A stretch of DNA of 64,000 nt from Thermaceae bacterium (GTDB lineage Bacteria > Deinococcota > Deinococci > Deinococcales > Marinithermaceae): assembly GCA_027061845.1 (NCBI GenBank), contig JAMOVS010000002.1, positions 5,690-69,689 of the forward strand, given 5' to 3'. Below, piece after piece: positions 34,623 to 43,381 of the stretch. Position 1 is the first letter of the stretch. Each line of letters opens with the position of its first letter. Both the position numbers and the translations under genes were made by a program. The notes beneath the pieces are model-generated. The model was given only the letters and a program-made list of their open reading frames with translations, was not told the DNA's origin and did no database searches.

Positions 34623-34698
34623 GCGCCCGTAGCTCAGCGGATAGAGCAGCCGCCTTCTAAGCGGTAGGTCGGGGGTTCGAATCCTCCCGGGCGCGCCA
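34623..34698 (+). tRNA. tRNA-Arg (anticodon TCT), CCA encoded
   Basis: Acceptor GCGCCCG/CGGGCGC, D-arm GCTC-AGCGGATA-GAGC, anticodon loop CTTCTAA, T-arm GGGGG-TTCGAAT-CCTCC, then G plus CCA. Confidence 0.95.
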
Positions 34699-34732
34699 AG
34701 AGGCGGGGCGGATGCCCCGTTCGTTTTTTGCC

Positions 34733-35743
34733 ATGCGAAGCTTCACGCTGGAAGATTTCGACTACGAGCTGCCCGAGGACCGAATCGCCCAGGAGGGCGT
34801 CGAGCCCCGGGACGCCGCCCGGATGATGGTGGTCCACCGCGACGGGCGGCCCTTCGAGCACCGGCGGGTGCGCGACCTGCCGGACTACCTCCGCCCCGGG
34901 GACGTCTTGGTCCTGAACCGAAGCCGGGTGATCCCGGCGCGGCTCTTTGCCAAAAAGCCGACCGGCGCCCGGATCGAGGTGCTCTTGGTGCGGGAGGTGG
35001 CCCCCGGGGAGTGGCTCGCCCTGCTGCGCCCGGCGAGGAAGGCGCCCCCCGGGACCCGGCTTTTCTTCGAGGGCGGTGAGGCCGAGGTGGTGGAGGTCGT
35101 CGAGGAAGGACTGCGGCGGCTTCGCTTTTTTACCGACCCCTGGGCGCTGATGGAGCGGGCCGGGCGGGCGCCCTTGCCCCCCTACATCCAGGCCGAGGTG
35201 CCCTTCGAGCGCTACCAGACGATCTTCGCCAAGACCCCGGGCTCGGTGGCGGCCCCCACCGCCGGGCTCCACTTCACCGAGGGGCTCCTTTCCCGCATCC
35301 GGGAAAAGGGCGTTCTCGTTCACGAGCTCGAGCTCCACGTCGGCCCCGGGACCTTCCGGCCGGTGAAGGGGCGGATCGAGGACCACCGCATGCACGAGGA
35401 GGTCTACCTCGTCCCCGAGGCGACCGCAGGCGCGGTGAACGCCGCCCTCGAGGAGGGCCGGCGGGTGGTGGCGGTGGGGACGACGGTGGTGCGGACGTTG
35501 GAGTCGGCGGCCGAGGGCGGGCGGGTGCGGGCCGGGCCCGGCCGGACCCGGCTCTTCATCCGGCCGGGGTATTCCTTTCGGGTGGTGGGGGCGCTCTTTA
35601 CCAACTTTCACCTGCCCCGCTCGACCCTCTTGATGCTGGTGGCGGCGTTCGCCGGCTACGAGCGCACCCTGGCCGCCTACCGCGAGGCGGTGGCCCGGGG
35701 CTACCGCTTTTACTCGCTCGGGGACGCGATGTTCATCGACTAG
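34733..35743 (+). CDS. queA: S-adenosylmethionine:tRNA ribosyltransferase-isomerase
   Basis: FDYELPEDRIAQ N-terminus, LPPYI, AAPTAGLHFT and VGTTVVRTLES motifs. The ATG at 34733 gives the canonical N-terminus; an alternative ATG at 34712 lies 14 nt after tRNA-Arg. Confidence 0.9.
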   Translation: MRSFTLEDFDYELPEDRIAQEGVEPRDAARMMVVHRDGRPFEHRRVRDLPDYLRPGDVLVLNRSRVIPARLFAKKPTGARIEVLLVREVAPGEWLALLRPARKAPPGTRLFFEGGEAEVVEVVEEGLRRLRFFTDPWALMERAGRAPLPPYIQAEVPFERYQTIFAKTPGSVAAPTAGLHFTEGLLSRIREKGVLVHELELHVGPGTFRPVKGRIEDHRMHEEVYLVPEATAGAVNAALEEGRRVVAVGTTVVRTLESAAEGGRVRAGPGRTRLFIRPGYSFRVVGALFTNFHLPRSTLLMLVAAFAGYERTLAAYREAVARGYRFYSLGDAMFID

Positions 35744-37491
35744 AGCTCGGCCCGGTAGCGGCGGCGCTCGGCCTCGATCTTTTGCTGCAGCTCCTGGATC
35801 TCCCGCAGGAGTTCCGGGGTCGCCTCCCGGGCAAGCGCGTTTTTGAGCTCTTCCAGGCGCTTTCGGTAGTAGCCCTCGCGGAGCCGGGCGAGGGATTTTT
35901 CCAGCAGCCGCTCGAGCTCGGGGGGTTCGGGCGGGCTCGCCAGCATCAGCCGCTCGAAGAGCACCGCCCCCTCCTCCCGGTCCAGCAGCCGCTGGCGCAC
36001 CCGGCGGGGGTCGTAGTGGACCTGGTGGGCGGCCTCGAAGAACTCCCGCAGGAGGCCCTTTTCCGGCGGTTCCACCCGGTCTTCCACGAAGCGCACCCAG
36101 TAGCGGAAGGTCTCGGGGGGCAGGGTGAGCAAGAGGGCGATGACGTCGAGCTCGAGCAGGAGCACGCGCTCGCCGGCCTGGCTCGGGCTCGCCCCCAGGA
36201 CGTCGGCGGTGGTGAGCTCCTTCCGGCCGCGCCGGCGCCGGCGGCGGGCGATCAGCTCCTCGAGGGCCTCGGGCAAGAGGCCCAGCCGGTCGAGGATCAG
36301 GGCCTTGAGCGCCTCCGCCACCGGGTCGAAGGGCTCGGCGTTGACCAGCCGCGGGAGCAGGGCCTCGAGGACCTGCCGCTTGCCCTCCGGGGTCTTCAGG
36401 TCCGCCCCCCGGGAGGCCTCCTCGAAGCGGAACTCGACCTCGGAGAGGGCGTTTTCGAGCGCTTCCTCGAAGAGCTTTTTACCGTCTTCCCGGAGCAGGA
36501 GGTCGCCGGGGTCGAGCCCCTCGGGGAGCAGGGCGGCCCGGACGTGGAAGCTTCGCACCACCTCCAGGTCGAGCCCGGCCAGGGTGGCCTTGCGCCCGGC
36601 CTCGTCGGCGTCGAAGGCGAGGTAGAGGTCCTGCACCCCGAGCCGTTTCAAGAGCAGCGCCTGCTCCGGGGTGAAGGCGGAGCCGAGCACCGCCACCGTC
36701 TCCCGGTAGCCCATCTGGTGCAGGGCGATCACGTCGAAGAGCCCCTCCACCACGATCGCCCGCTTCTTCTCCCGGATCGCCTCGCGGGCCTGGGGCAGGC
36801 CGAAGAGGAGCTCGCGCTTTTTGAAGATCGGCGACTCCGGGCTGTTTAAGTACTTGGGCTGGCCCTCGGGGTCCAGGGTGCGTCCGGAGAAGGCCACCAC
36901 CCGGCCGCTCGGGTCCAGGATGGGGACCACCAGCCGGTCCCGGAAGCGGTCGTAGATGCGGCCGTCCTTCTCGGCCAGGACGCCGGCGGCCACCGCCTTT
37001 TCCAGCGGTATCCCTTCCCGGGCCAGGTGCTGGGTCAGCCGGTCCCAGCCGGGCGGGGCGTAGCCCAGGCGGAAGGCCTCGACGTAGGTGGGCTTGATGC
37101 CCCGGCCCTCGAGGTAGCGGCGGGCCTTCTCGTTCATCTGGCGGCGGAAAAACTCGAGCGCCAGGGCGTTGATCTGGTAGAGGTCCTTGTCTTTTTTCTC
37201 CCGGGGACGCTCGGGGAGCTCGACCCCGGCCTCGGCGGCCAGCCGCTCCAGGGCCTCGGCGAAGCTGAGCCCCTCGATCTTTTCCAGAAAGGTGAAGACG
37301 TCGCCCCCGGCCTTGCAGCCGAAGCAGTAAAAGAGCCCCTTCTCGTCGTCGACGTAGAACGAGGGGGTCTTTTCCTTGTGAAAGGGGCAGAGCCCCTTGT
37401 AGCGCCCGCGTCCCGCGGGCTTCAGCTCGACGTAGCGGCCGACGACCTCCCTCAGGCTGATTCGGGCGCGGATTTCTTCCCGTGGGTCCAT
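35740..37491 (-). CDS. dnaG: DNA primase
   Basis: Zinc-binding CPFHKEKTPSFYVDDEKGLFYCFGCKAGGDVFTF, RNA polymerase core and Toprim (VVEGLFDVIAL ... LAFDADEAG). The start overlaps the upstream gene by 40 nt. Confidence 0.93.
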   Translation of the reverse strand: MDPREEIRARISLREVVGRYVELKPAGRGRYKGLCPFHKEKTPSFYVDDEKGLFYCFGCKAGGDVFTFLEKIEGLSFAEALERLAAEAGVELPERPREKKDKDLYQINALALEFFRRQMNEKARRYLEGRGIKPTYVEAFRLGYAPPGWDRLTQHLAREGIPLEKAVAAGVLAEKDGRIYDRFRDRLVVPILDPSGRVVAFSGRTLDPEGQPKYLNSPESPIFKKRELLFGLPQAREAIREKKRAIVVEGLFDVIALHQMGYRETVAVLGSAFTPEQALLLKRLGVQDLYLAFDADEAGRKATLAGLDLEVVRSFHVRAALLPEGLDPGDLLLREDGKKLFEEALENALSEVEFRFEEASRGADLKTPEGKRQVLEALLPRLVNAEPFDPVAEALKALILDRLGLLPEALEELIARRRRRRGRKELTTADVLGASPSQAGERVLLLELDVIALLLTLPPETFRYWVRFVEDRVEPPEKGLLREFFEAAHQVHYDPRRVRQRLLDREEGAVLFERLMLASPPEPPELERLLEKSLARLREGYYRKRLEELKNALAREATPELLREIQELQQKIEAERRRYRAEL

Positions 37492-40478
37492 ACCTTTTTC
37501 CAGTTCGCCAGGGCGAAACGCCCCAGAATACCGTAGCCCCGCACCGCTTCCTCGGGGACGGGCTCGGGTTCGTGCCCCTCGGCCTTGAGCAGGCTGCGGC
37601 GCCAGTACTCGAGCACGGCAAAGGGGCTCTCAAAGCGCAAGAGCGGCGCCACCCGGCGGCCGGTGGCCCGCGCCCCCTCGGCCTTCAAGAGCCGGGCCAG
37701 CTGCAAGAAGGGCAGGTAGCCCTGGCGCCAGGTCTGGCGCAGGATGCGGTCGGCGATCGCCTTGGTGCGTCGGGGCTCGCTCCTTCGGTAGTAGATCGCC
37801 AGGGCGGCCAGCACCAGGAACTTGAGGTAAGGGTTCTGGCCGGCGTTGGCCTTGCGGAGCGCCAGGCGGTAGAGGGGTCTCGGGTCCCCGCCGCGCTGGG
37901 CCCGGACCAGCCCCTGGGTGAAGAAGAGCAGGGCCTCGGTGTGGGGGCTGTCGGCCTCGGGCAGCAGGGGGCCGATCAGGGCCTCGGCGGCCGCGGCCTT
38001 GCCCTGGAAGGCGAGGGTGAGCGCCAGCAGGGCGCCCAGCCAGGGGTGGGGGCAGCGCTCAAAGTAGCCGCGCCCCTTGGCCTCGGCCAGGTCGAAGCGG
38101 CCGGTCTCCAGCAGGAAGCGGAGCTCGATGCCGGCGACCCGGACGAAGGCCTCGCCGCAGGGCAGGGACGCGAGGCGGCGGGCGGCCCGGGCGATGAGCT
38201 CGCGGGCCGGCCCGATCTCGCCGGTGTCGAGGGAGAGGGCGCCCCGGAAGGCCTCGGCGAGCACCTCGGTGGCCGGGTCCCGGGCCCGTTCCCGGGCCTG
38301 CTGCGCCCAGACCTTGGCGTCCCGGGGGCGGAAGCTACGCCAGGCGATGCCGGCCAGGGCGATCGCGATCTCGGCGGCGAGATTGCCCTCGGCCCGCCGG
38401 TAGGCCTGCTGGTAGACGACCTCGGCCGGCGTCAGCATGCCGGCGGCCTCGAGCCGACGGGCCAGCCGGGCGGCGAGCTGGGGGTCCTCGGGCGGGCTGG
38501 CGAGGACCAGGACCTGGGCGGGGGCGTGTTCCAGGAAGCGTTCCCAGGCGGCGCGGTCCCCCGGCCGGGCCTGGAGGTAGCGGAGCAGCGCGTGCGCCGC
38601 TTCCTCGGTCTCGCCCAGCTGCAGGTAGGCGAGGGCCCGCCGCCGATCGGCGGCAGGGCCCTGGATCCCCTCCAGCTCCTGGAGCGCCCGGTAGGGAGCG
38701 ATCTCCACCAGCCGTTCCGCCAGTTCCAGACGGACCGGAATCGCCTGGGCCGGGGTTTTTGCCAGGGCGGCGGCGCGTTCGAGGAGCTCGAGGGCCTCGG
38801 CGCCCTGGCGCTTTCGCGCCAGCGCCCGCAGGACCCGGATCGCCGCCCCGGCGAGGCCGGCCTCGGCGTAGAAGCGGGCGGCCTCCTGGGGGCGGCCCTG
38901 GTCCAGCAGGGCCTCGGCCAGCAGCTTGAGCCCGGTCCTGCGCCGGGCCTCCGGCAACAGGGCGGCGGCCGCCCGGCGGTAGGCCTGGCTCTGGAAGACC
39001 AGACCGCGCTCGGTCTCCCGTAGAAAGCCCTCGTCGACGATGCGGCGGAGGGCGGCGGCGGCGCGGACGCCGAAGACCGCCTCGAGCCATTCCGGGGCGA
39101 ACGGCTGCGGCAGGTGGGCGGCGAAGAGGAGCACCTCCCGGGCGTCGCCCAGCGCGTCAAAGTGGGGCTGGAGCATGGCCGCCAGCCGCTCCTCGCTGGG
39201 GGCAGGCAGCAGTTTGAGCATCAGCCCGGGGAGGCCGTCGGCGAGCTCCACCACCCGGTCGCGGGTCGCCTCCGGGGTGTCTGGCGAGCGCTTTTCCAGC
39301 CAGGCCCGGGCCTCTTCTAGGGAAAGCTTGCTCAGGGAGACGGTCTTGGGGAAACTGCCCGAGCGGGCCGTCCCCAGGACCAGCAGCGAGCCCGCGCTCT
39401 GGTGCCAGGTTTGCAGGAACTTGAGCAAGAGCGGCGGCGCCCGGTGGAGCCCCTCGACGACGGCGATGGTGGGCCGCTCGGTCAGGGCCGGGATGGCCCG
39501 GATCACCGCCTCGATGGCGGCGTCCTCCTGCACCCGGCCGGGGCGGAATCCCAGCGCGATCTCGAGGCGCTTGCGCTCCGGCGGGCTGAGCCGAAGCCTC
39601 TCCAGCCGCTGCTTGAACTCGGGGGCGCCCTCGAAGAAGCCCCGCAGCCAGCCGCGAATGGAGACGTGCGGCGGGAGCGGGGGCAGCCGCACCACCTGGG
39701 CGGGGTCCTTGTCCTCCAGGAAGGCGTTGAGGAGCAGGCGCTTGCCGCTGCCGGGGGCGCCCACCAGGACCGCCACCTGGCCCCGGCCGCGCTGGGCCCC
39801 TTCCCAGGCGGCCTCGAGCTCCTCGAGGGCGGCGGCGGTGGGGAGGCTGGCGTGCCGGCGGACGAAGCCCTCGAAGCGGAAGGCCTTCAAGGGGTCGGGG
39901 AACCCCTTGGCCTCCATCGGTGGCAGCGGCGTCGTCTTCAGGCCGGAGACCAGGTCCAGGGTGGTCTCGTCCAGGTAGACCAGGCCCGGGGGGGTGGCCG
40001 CGATCATGCGCTGGGCGCGGTTTAGGGGGTCGCCGAAGAGGTCGTTTCGCGAGAGCGTGGGCATGACCAGGACCAGGCCGCTGGTCACCACCGCCCGCCC
40101 GCGCAGCTGCATCTCCCCGGCGCGGTAGAGGCGCTCGGATTCCTCGACGATGGCCACCGCCGCCCGGAGCGCCTTCTCCGCCTCGCTTCCCCGGCTGGGC
40201 TGCAGGCCGAAGACAGCCAGCACGCCGTCGCCGTAGGTGGTGTGGGGGCGCCCCCCCTCCCGCTCGATGATCTCCTTGGCGATGCGGAAGGCCTTCTCGG
40301 CCTCGAGCCAGGCCAGGTCCGGGCCTTTCTCGTGCAGGTAGCGGGTATACCCCGAGAGGTCGTAGAAGAGGACGGTGGCGAACCGCTTCTCACCCCCGCC
40401 GGTGCCCAGTGGCGTGCCGCAGGAGGCGCAGTAGAGGTAGTTGTCCGGGTTCTTGCGGCGGCACTTGGGGCATCTCAT
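37452..40478 (-). CDS. Zn-ribbon / class III adenylate-guanylate cyclase domain / AAA_16 (STAND-like) ATPase / TPR-like repeat protein (1008 aa)
   Basis: N-terminal CPKC..CASC ribbon. Cyclase motifs FYDLSGYT, TYGDGVLAVFG and GDPLNRAQRM. P-loop VLVGAPGSGKR and Walker-B-like IAVVEGLH. About 600 aa of Ala/Leu/Arg-rich helical repeats follow. I did not recognise a LuxR-type HTH at the C-terminus. Confidence 0.8.
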   Translation of the reverse strand: MRCPKCRRKNPDNYLYCASCGTPLGTGGGEKRFATVLFYDLSGYTRYLHEKGPDLAWLEAEKAFRIAKEIIEREGGRPHTTYGDGVLAVFGLQPSRGSEAEKALRAAVAIVEESERLYRAGEMQLRGRAVVTSGLVLVMPTLSRNDLFGDPLNRAQRMIAATPPGLVYLDETTLDLVSGLKTTPLPPMEAKGFPDPLKAFRFEGFVRRHASLPTAAALEELEAAWEGAQRGRGQVAVLVGAPGSGKRLLLNAFLEDKDPAQVVRLPPLPPHVSIRGWLRGFFEGAPEFKQRLERLRLSPPERKRLEIALGFRPGRVQEDAAIEAVIRAIPALTERPTIAVVEGLHRAPPLLLKFLQTWHQSAGSLLVLGTARSGSFPKTVSLSKLSLEEARAWLEKRSPDTPEATRDRVVELADGLPGLMLKLLPAPSEERLAAMLQPHFDALGDAREVLLFAAHLPQPFAPEWLEAVFGVRAAAALRRIVDEGFLRETERGLVFQSQAYRRAAAALLPEARRRTGLKLLAEALLDQGRPQEAARFYAEAGLAGAAIRVLRALARKRQGAEALELLERAAALAKTPAQAIPVRLELAERLVEIAPYRALQELEGIQGPAADRRRALAYLQLGETEEAAHALLRYLQARPGDRAAWERFLEHAPAQVLVLASPPEDPQLAARLARRLEAAGMLTPAEVVYQQAYRRAEGNLAAEIAIALAGIAWRSFRPRDAKVWAQQARERARDPATEVLAEAFRGALSLDTGEIGPARELIARAARRLASLPCGEAFVRVAGIELRFLLETGRFDLAEAKGRGYFERCPHPWLGALLALTLAFQGKAAAAEALIGPLLPEADSPHTEALLFFTQGLVRAQRGGDPRPLYRLALRKANAGQNPYLKFLVLAALAIYYRRSEPRRTKAIADRILRQTWRQGYLPFLQLARLLKAEGARATGRRVAPLLRFESPFAVLEYWRRSLLKAEGHEPEPVPEEAVRGYGILGRFALANWKKVWTHGKKSAPESA

Positions 40479-40882
40479 GGCCGGAATCCCATCAGCGGGG
40501 GGGCCAGGTCGAAGGCGTAGCGCTCGCCCGGGGAGAGCGGCGCGGCCACCCGGAGCAGCACCGGCACCACGCTCTCGACGTGGAAGAAGCCGTCGCCCAG
40601 GTCCTCGCGGACGGCGCCGGTGAGGCGGACGGCCCCGCCGGCCAGCGGGTGAATCGCGGCCGGGTCCCGGCTCGGGCGGTGCTCCCGGACGACGCCGTGG
40701 ATCAGGACGCGGTGGCGGCCGGGGGCGATCGGCGGGGCGCCCCGGTCGAAGACGGGAAGGATTCCTCCGGGAACGGCGAGCTCGAGGAGCGGGTAGCCGT
40801 AGGGGACCGGCAGGACGTCGATTTCGACGGCGACGCGTTCGAAACGCTCAAAGAAGGACTCCGGGTGCTCCTCGAGGGCCAT
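40475..40882 (-). CDS. Hypothetical protein (135 aa), translationally coupled to the cyclase/STAND gene
   Basis: The ORF starts 13 nt downstream of the bamA stop and ends in an ATGA overlap with the cyclase/STAND start. Its composition looks like a real protein rather than the Arg/Gly/Pro-rich off-frame pattern. I recognise no family motif. Confidence 0.55.
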   Translation of the reverse strand: MALEEHPESFFERFERVAVEIDVLPVPYGYPLLELAVPGGILPVFDRGAPPIAPGRHRVLIHGVVREHRPSRDPAAIHPLAGGAVRLTGAVREDLGDGFFHVESVVPVLLRVAAPLSPGERYAFDLAPPLMGFRP

Positions 40883-40895
40883 GCACCCCTATTAT

Positions 40896-43328
40896 TTAGA
40901 AAACCGGCCCGATGCGGAAGTGCAGCACCCCCCGGGGGTTCTCCGAGCTGAACCCGTAGTCGAGGCGGATGGCCGGGAACTGGACCGCGCCGTAGCCCAG
41001 GTTGAGCTGCACCCCGAAGCCGAAGCCGGCGTGCAGGACCAGCTCGTCGCCGGGCATCCAGGCCGAGCCCAGGTCGGCGAAGACGATGCCAATGATCGTC
41101 CGGGTGAGCACGCTCTCGAACTGGAAGTCGTAGCGGTACTCGATCGAGCTACTGAGGAACCGGGTGCCGGTAAAGCTCCGGGCTGCGTAGCCGCGGAGCA
41201 TGGTGAGCTCGGGCTCGGAGCCCCCCAGGGTGAAGTAGCGGCTTTCCGGCGGGGCCCCGAGCAGGGCGCCGCCGGCGACCCGGACCGCGAAGACCGAGCG
41301 GCGCTCGGGGTCTTGGGCCTCGTAGGCCTTGTAGGTGGCCCAGAGCGGGGCGAACCCCTGGGTGGCCTGGCCCTCGGGGAAGACCAGGCCGTAGCCGCCG
41401 TGGACCTGGGCCACCCGGCCGCGGGTGGGGTAGAAGGGGTCGTCGGTGTCGCGGTAGGTGACGGTGGTCGAGGCCAGGGCGTTGGCGTAGTTCCGGGGCA
41501 GGAGGCCCCGGGCGGCGGCCTCGTCGTAGCTCGAGCTCTCCGGCGGGTCGAGGGTCTCCAGCTCGGTCTTGACCCACTGCCCTTCGAGGCCCAGTTCCAG
41601 GGTGATCCGCTCGGTCAGCGGGCGGGAGGCGGAGACCATCAGGCCCGAGCGGCGCTCGGTGTACTCCCAGCCGGTCTCGTCGCCGTTCGTGTCCTTGAGC
41701 GGGAAGTTGCCGTAGGGGATGGAGTAGGCCGAGAAGCGGACCGAGGTGGGCACCTCCTTGAAGTCGGCGGCGTCGATGTAGAGCCAGGGGACCTGGTAGG
41801 CGAGGCTGAACGAGAGGTTGTCGCCGGCGTCGTTCTCGACGAAGGAGAGGTTCAGGCTGACGTTGTGGGCCCGGCCCCAGAGGTTCTTGTCGGAGATGCT
41901 CACCTGTCCGCTCCAGCCGCTCTGGCTGGACCAGGCGATGGCCGGGGCCAGCACCACGGTCTTGCCCTCCTTGAGCCTGAGGACGACGACCACCGTGTCC
42001 TCGCTCGGCCCCGGCTCGGTGTGCACCTCGGGCGGGCCGGCGAGGATGCCCAGCCGCAGGATCTTGCCCACCGCCTCCCGGATGGCGGGCACCGAGAAGA
42101 GCGAGCCCGGTTCGGGGAGCTCCCTCAGGATCACGAAGTCCTGGGTGCGGTGGCCGCCCTCCCATTCCAGGCGGTAGCCGGCGATCTTGATCTCGTGGAG
42201 CCGCTGGGTATAGACGCCGTCCTGGAAGGCGAAGTCGGGTTTCGGGACCAGGGCGTAGCCGGCCTTCCGGTAGTAGGCGAGCAGGCGTTCGAAGTCGGCC
42301 CGGGCGAGCTGCGGGGAGAAGGGGTCGCCCTCCTTCTGCACCAGCTGGGCCTTGAGCTCCTCCTCGGGGAAGGCGGTGGCCCCCTCGATCCGGATCTCGC
42401 GGATGACGCCGTACTTCTTCTCGCCCAGGGCGAAGCGGACCCGCACGCCGTCCTTCTCCAGGTCGAAGTCGAAGCGGATCTCCCGGCCCAGCTCCCGGGT
42501 CAGCCGGGCCACCTCCTCGACGATGCGGTCGTAGTTGAAGGGGTCGCCGACCTGGACCGGGCTCTCCGGCAGGCCGTCGGGGTCCACCGCCACGACCTTG
42601 AGCTCGCGCATGACCACCGTGAGCACGCCGTCGGTGAGGCGGGTCCGCTCGGGGTCGACGCCGCTGCCGCGGTAGCCCCGTTCGGCGTAGAGGGAGGCGA
42701 TTTTCTGGACGGCCTCGAGGTAGAGCGGCCAGCGGAACTTCTTTTCCTTCATCAGCGGCAGGAAGGCCGCCTTGATCTCCTCCAGGGGCAGCCAGTGCGC
42801 TCCCTGGATCTTGAGACCGGTGAGCGGGGGCTCTTCCTGAATCCGGTAGACCAGGTGGACGCCGTCGTCTTGGCGTTCCACCTCCAGTTCCACCGCCGGG
42901 GCGAAGGGGAACCCCTGCTTTTGGTAGAGCTCGGCGAGGAGCTGGCGGGCCTGTTCCGCCTTTTTCGGGTTGTAGGTGGTGCCGGGGGCGAGGGCCAGCT
43001 GGTCGGCGAGGTAGGCGGCGAGCTTCTCCGGCGGGAAGGCCCGGGCTTCGATCCGGACCTCGGCGATCGGGGGGTTGGGCCGCACCCGGACCCGGAGCAC
43101 GCCGTCCTCGAGCGTGACCTCGACCTTTTCGAAGTAGCCGGTCTCCCGCACCGCCTCGGCCAGCTTTTCGAGCTCCTCCGGCCGGACCTCGTCCCCCGCC
43201 CGCACCGGCAGCGCGATCTTCGCCAGGGTGGCGAGCACGGGGTCGGCGCCTTCCACGCGGACCTCGCGAATCTCGCCGGCCAGGGCCCAGGAGAGGAGCA
43301 GGAAGACCAGCAAAATTCCCCTTCGCAT
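40896..43328 (-). CDS. bamA: Outer membrane protein assembly factor BamA (Omp85 family)
   Basis: Signal peptide MRRGILLVFLLLSWALA, repeated POTRA-like modules (IREVRVEG.., IAEVRIEA.., LTGLKIQG.., IREIRIEG.., EIKIAGY..) and a C-terminal Omp85 barrel ending FRIGPVF. Confidence 0.9.
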   Translation of the reverse strand: MRRGILLVFLLLSWALAGEIREVRVEGADPVLATLAKIALPVRAGDEVRPEELEKLAEAVRETGYFEKVEVTLEDGVLRVRVRPNPPIAEVRIEARAFPPEKLAAYLADQLALAPGTTYNPKKAEQARQLLAELYQKQGFPFAPAVELEVERQDDGVHLVYRIQEEPPLTGLKIQGAHWLPLEEIKAAFLPLMKEKKFRWPLYLEAVQKIASLYAERGYRGSGVDPERTRLTDGVLTVVMRELKVVAVDPDGLPESPVQVGDPFNYDRIVEEVARLTRELGREIRFDFDLEKDGVRVRFALGEKKYGVIREIRIEGATAFPEEELKAQLVQKEGDPFSPQLARADFERLLAYYRKAGYALVPKPDFAFQDGVYTQRLHEIKIAGYRLEWEGGHRTQDFVILRELPEPGSLFSVPAIREAVGKILRLGILAGPPEVHTEPGPSEDTVVVVLRLKEGKTVVLAPAIAWSSQSGWSGQVSISDKNLWGRAHNVSLNLSFVENDAGDNLSFSLAYQVPWLYIDAADFKEVPTSVRFSAYSIPYGNFPLKDTNGDETGWEYTERRSGLMVSASRPLTERITLELGLEGQWVKTELETLDPPESSSYDEAAARGLLPRNYANALASTTVTYRDTDDPFYPTRGRVAQVHGGYGLVFPEGQATQGFAPLWATYKAYEAQDPERRSVFAVRVAGGALLGAPPESRYFTLGGSEPELTMLRGYAARSFTGTRFLSSSIEYRYDFQFESVLTRTIIGIVFADLGSAWMPGDELVLHAGFGFGVQLNLGYGAVQFPAIRLDYGFSSENPRGVLHFRIGPVF

Positions 43329-43381
43329 GGGGTTAACCTACGTTTTCCCGGTGAAGCTGCGGTGAGAGTACAATCCAAGGC

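Noticed and set aside
34462-34760. tRNA cluster as the integration site of a genomic island.
   Set aside because: The next gene is queA, followed by dnaG. There is no integrase, no partial tRNA direct repeat and no visible compositional shift.
37452-40478. Interpreting the cyclase gene as a Pycsar- or CBASS-like antiphage signalling system.
   Set aside because: No small effector gene (TIR, transmembrane, patatin, endonuclease, etc.) is adjacent. The neighbours are bamA and dnaG, and there are no mobile-element or defence-island hallmarks. The cyclase is fused to an AAA_16/TPR regulator-type scaffold. It is kept only as a low-probability alternative in the main finding.
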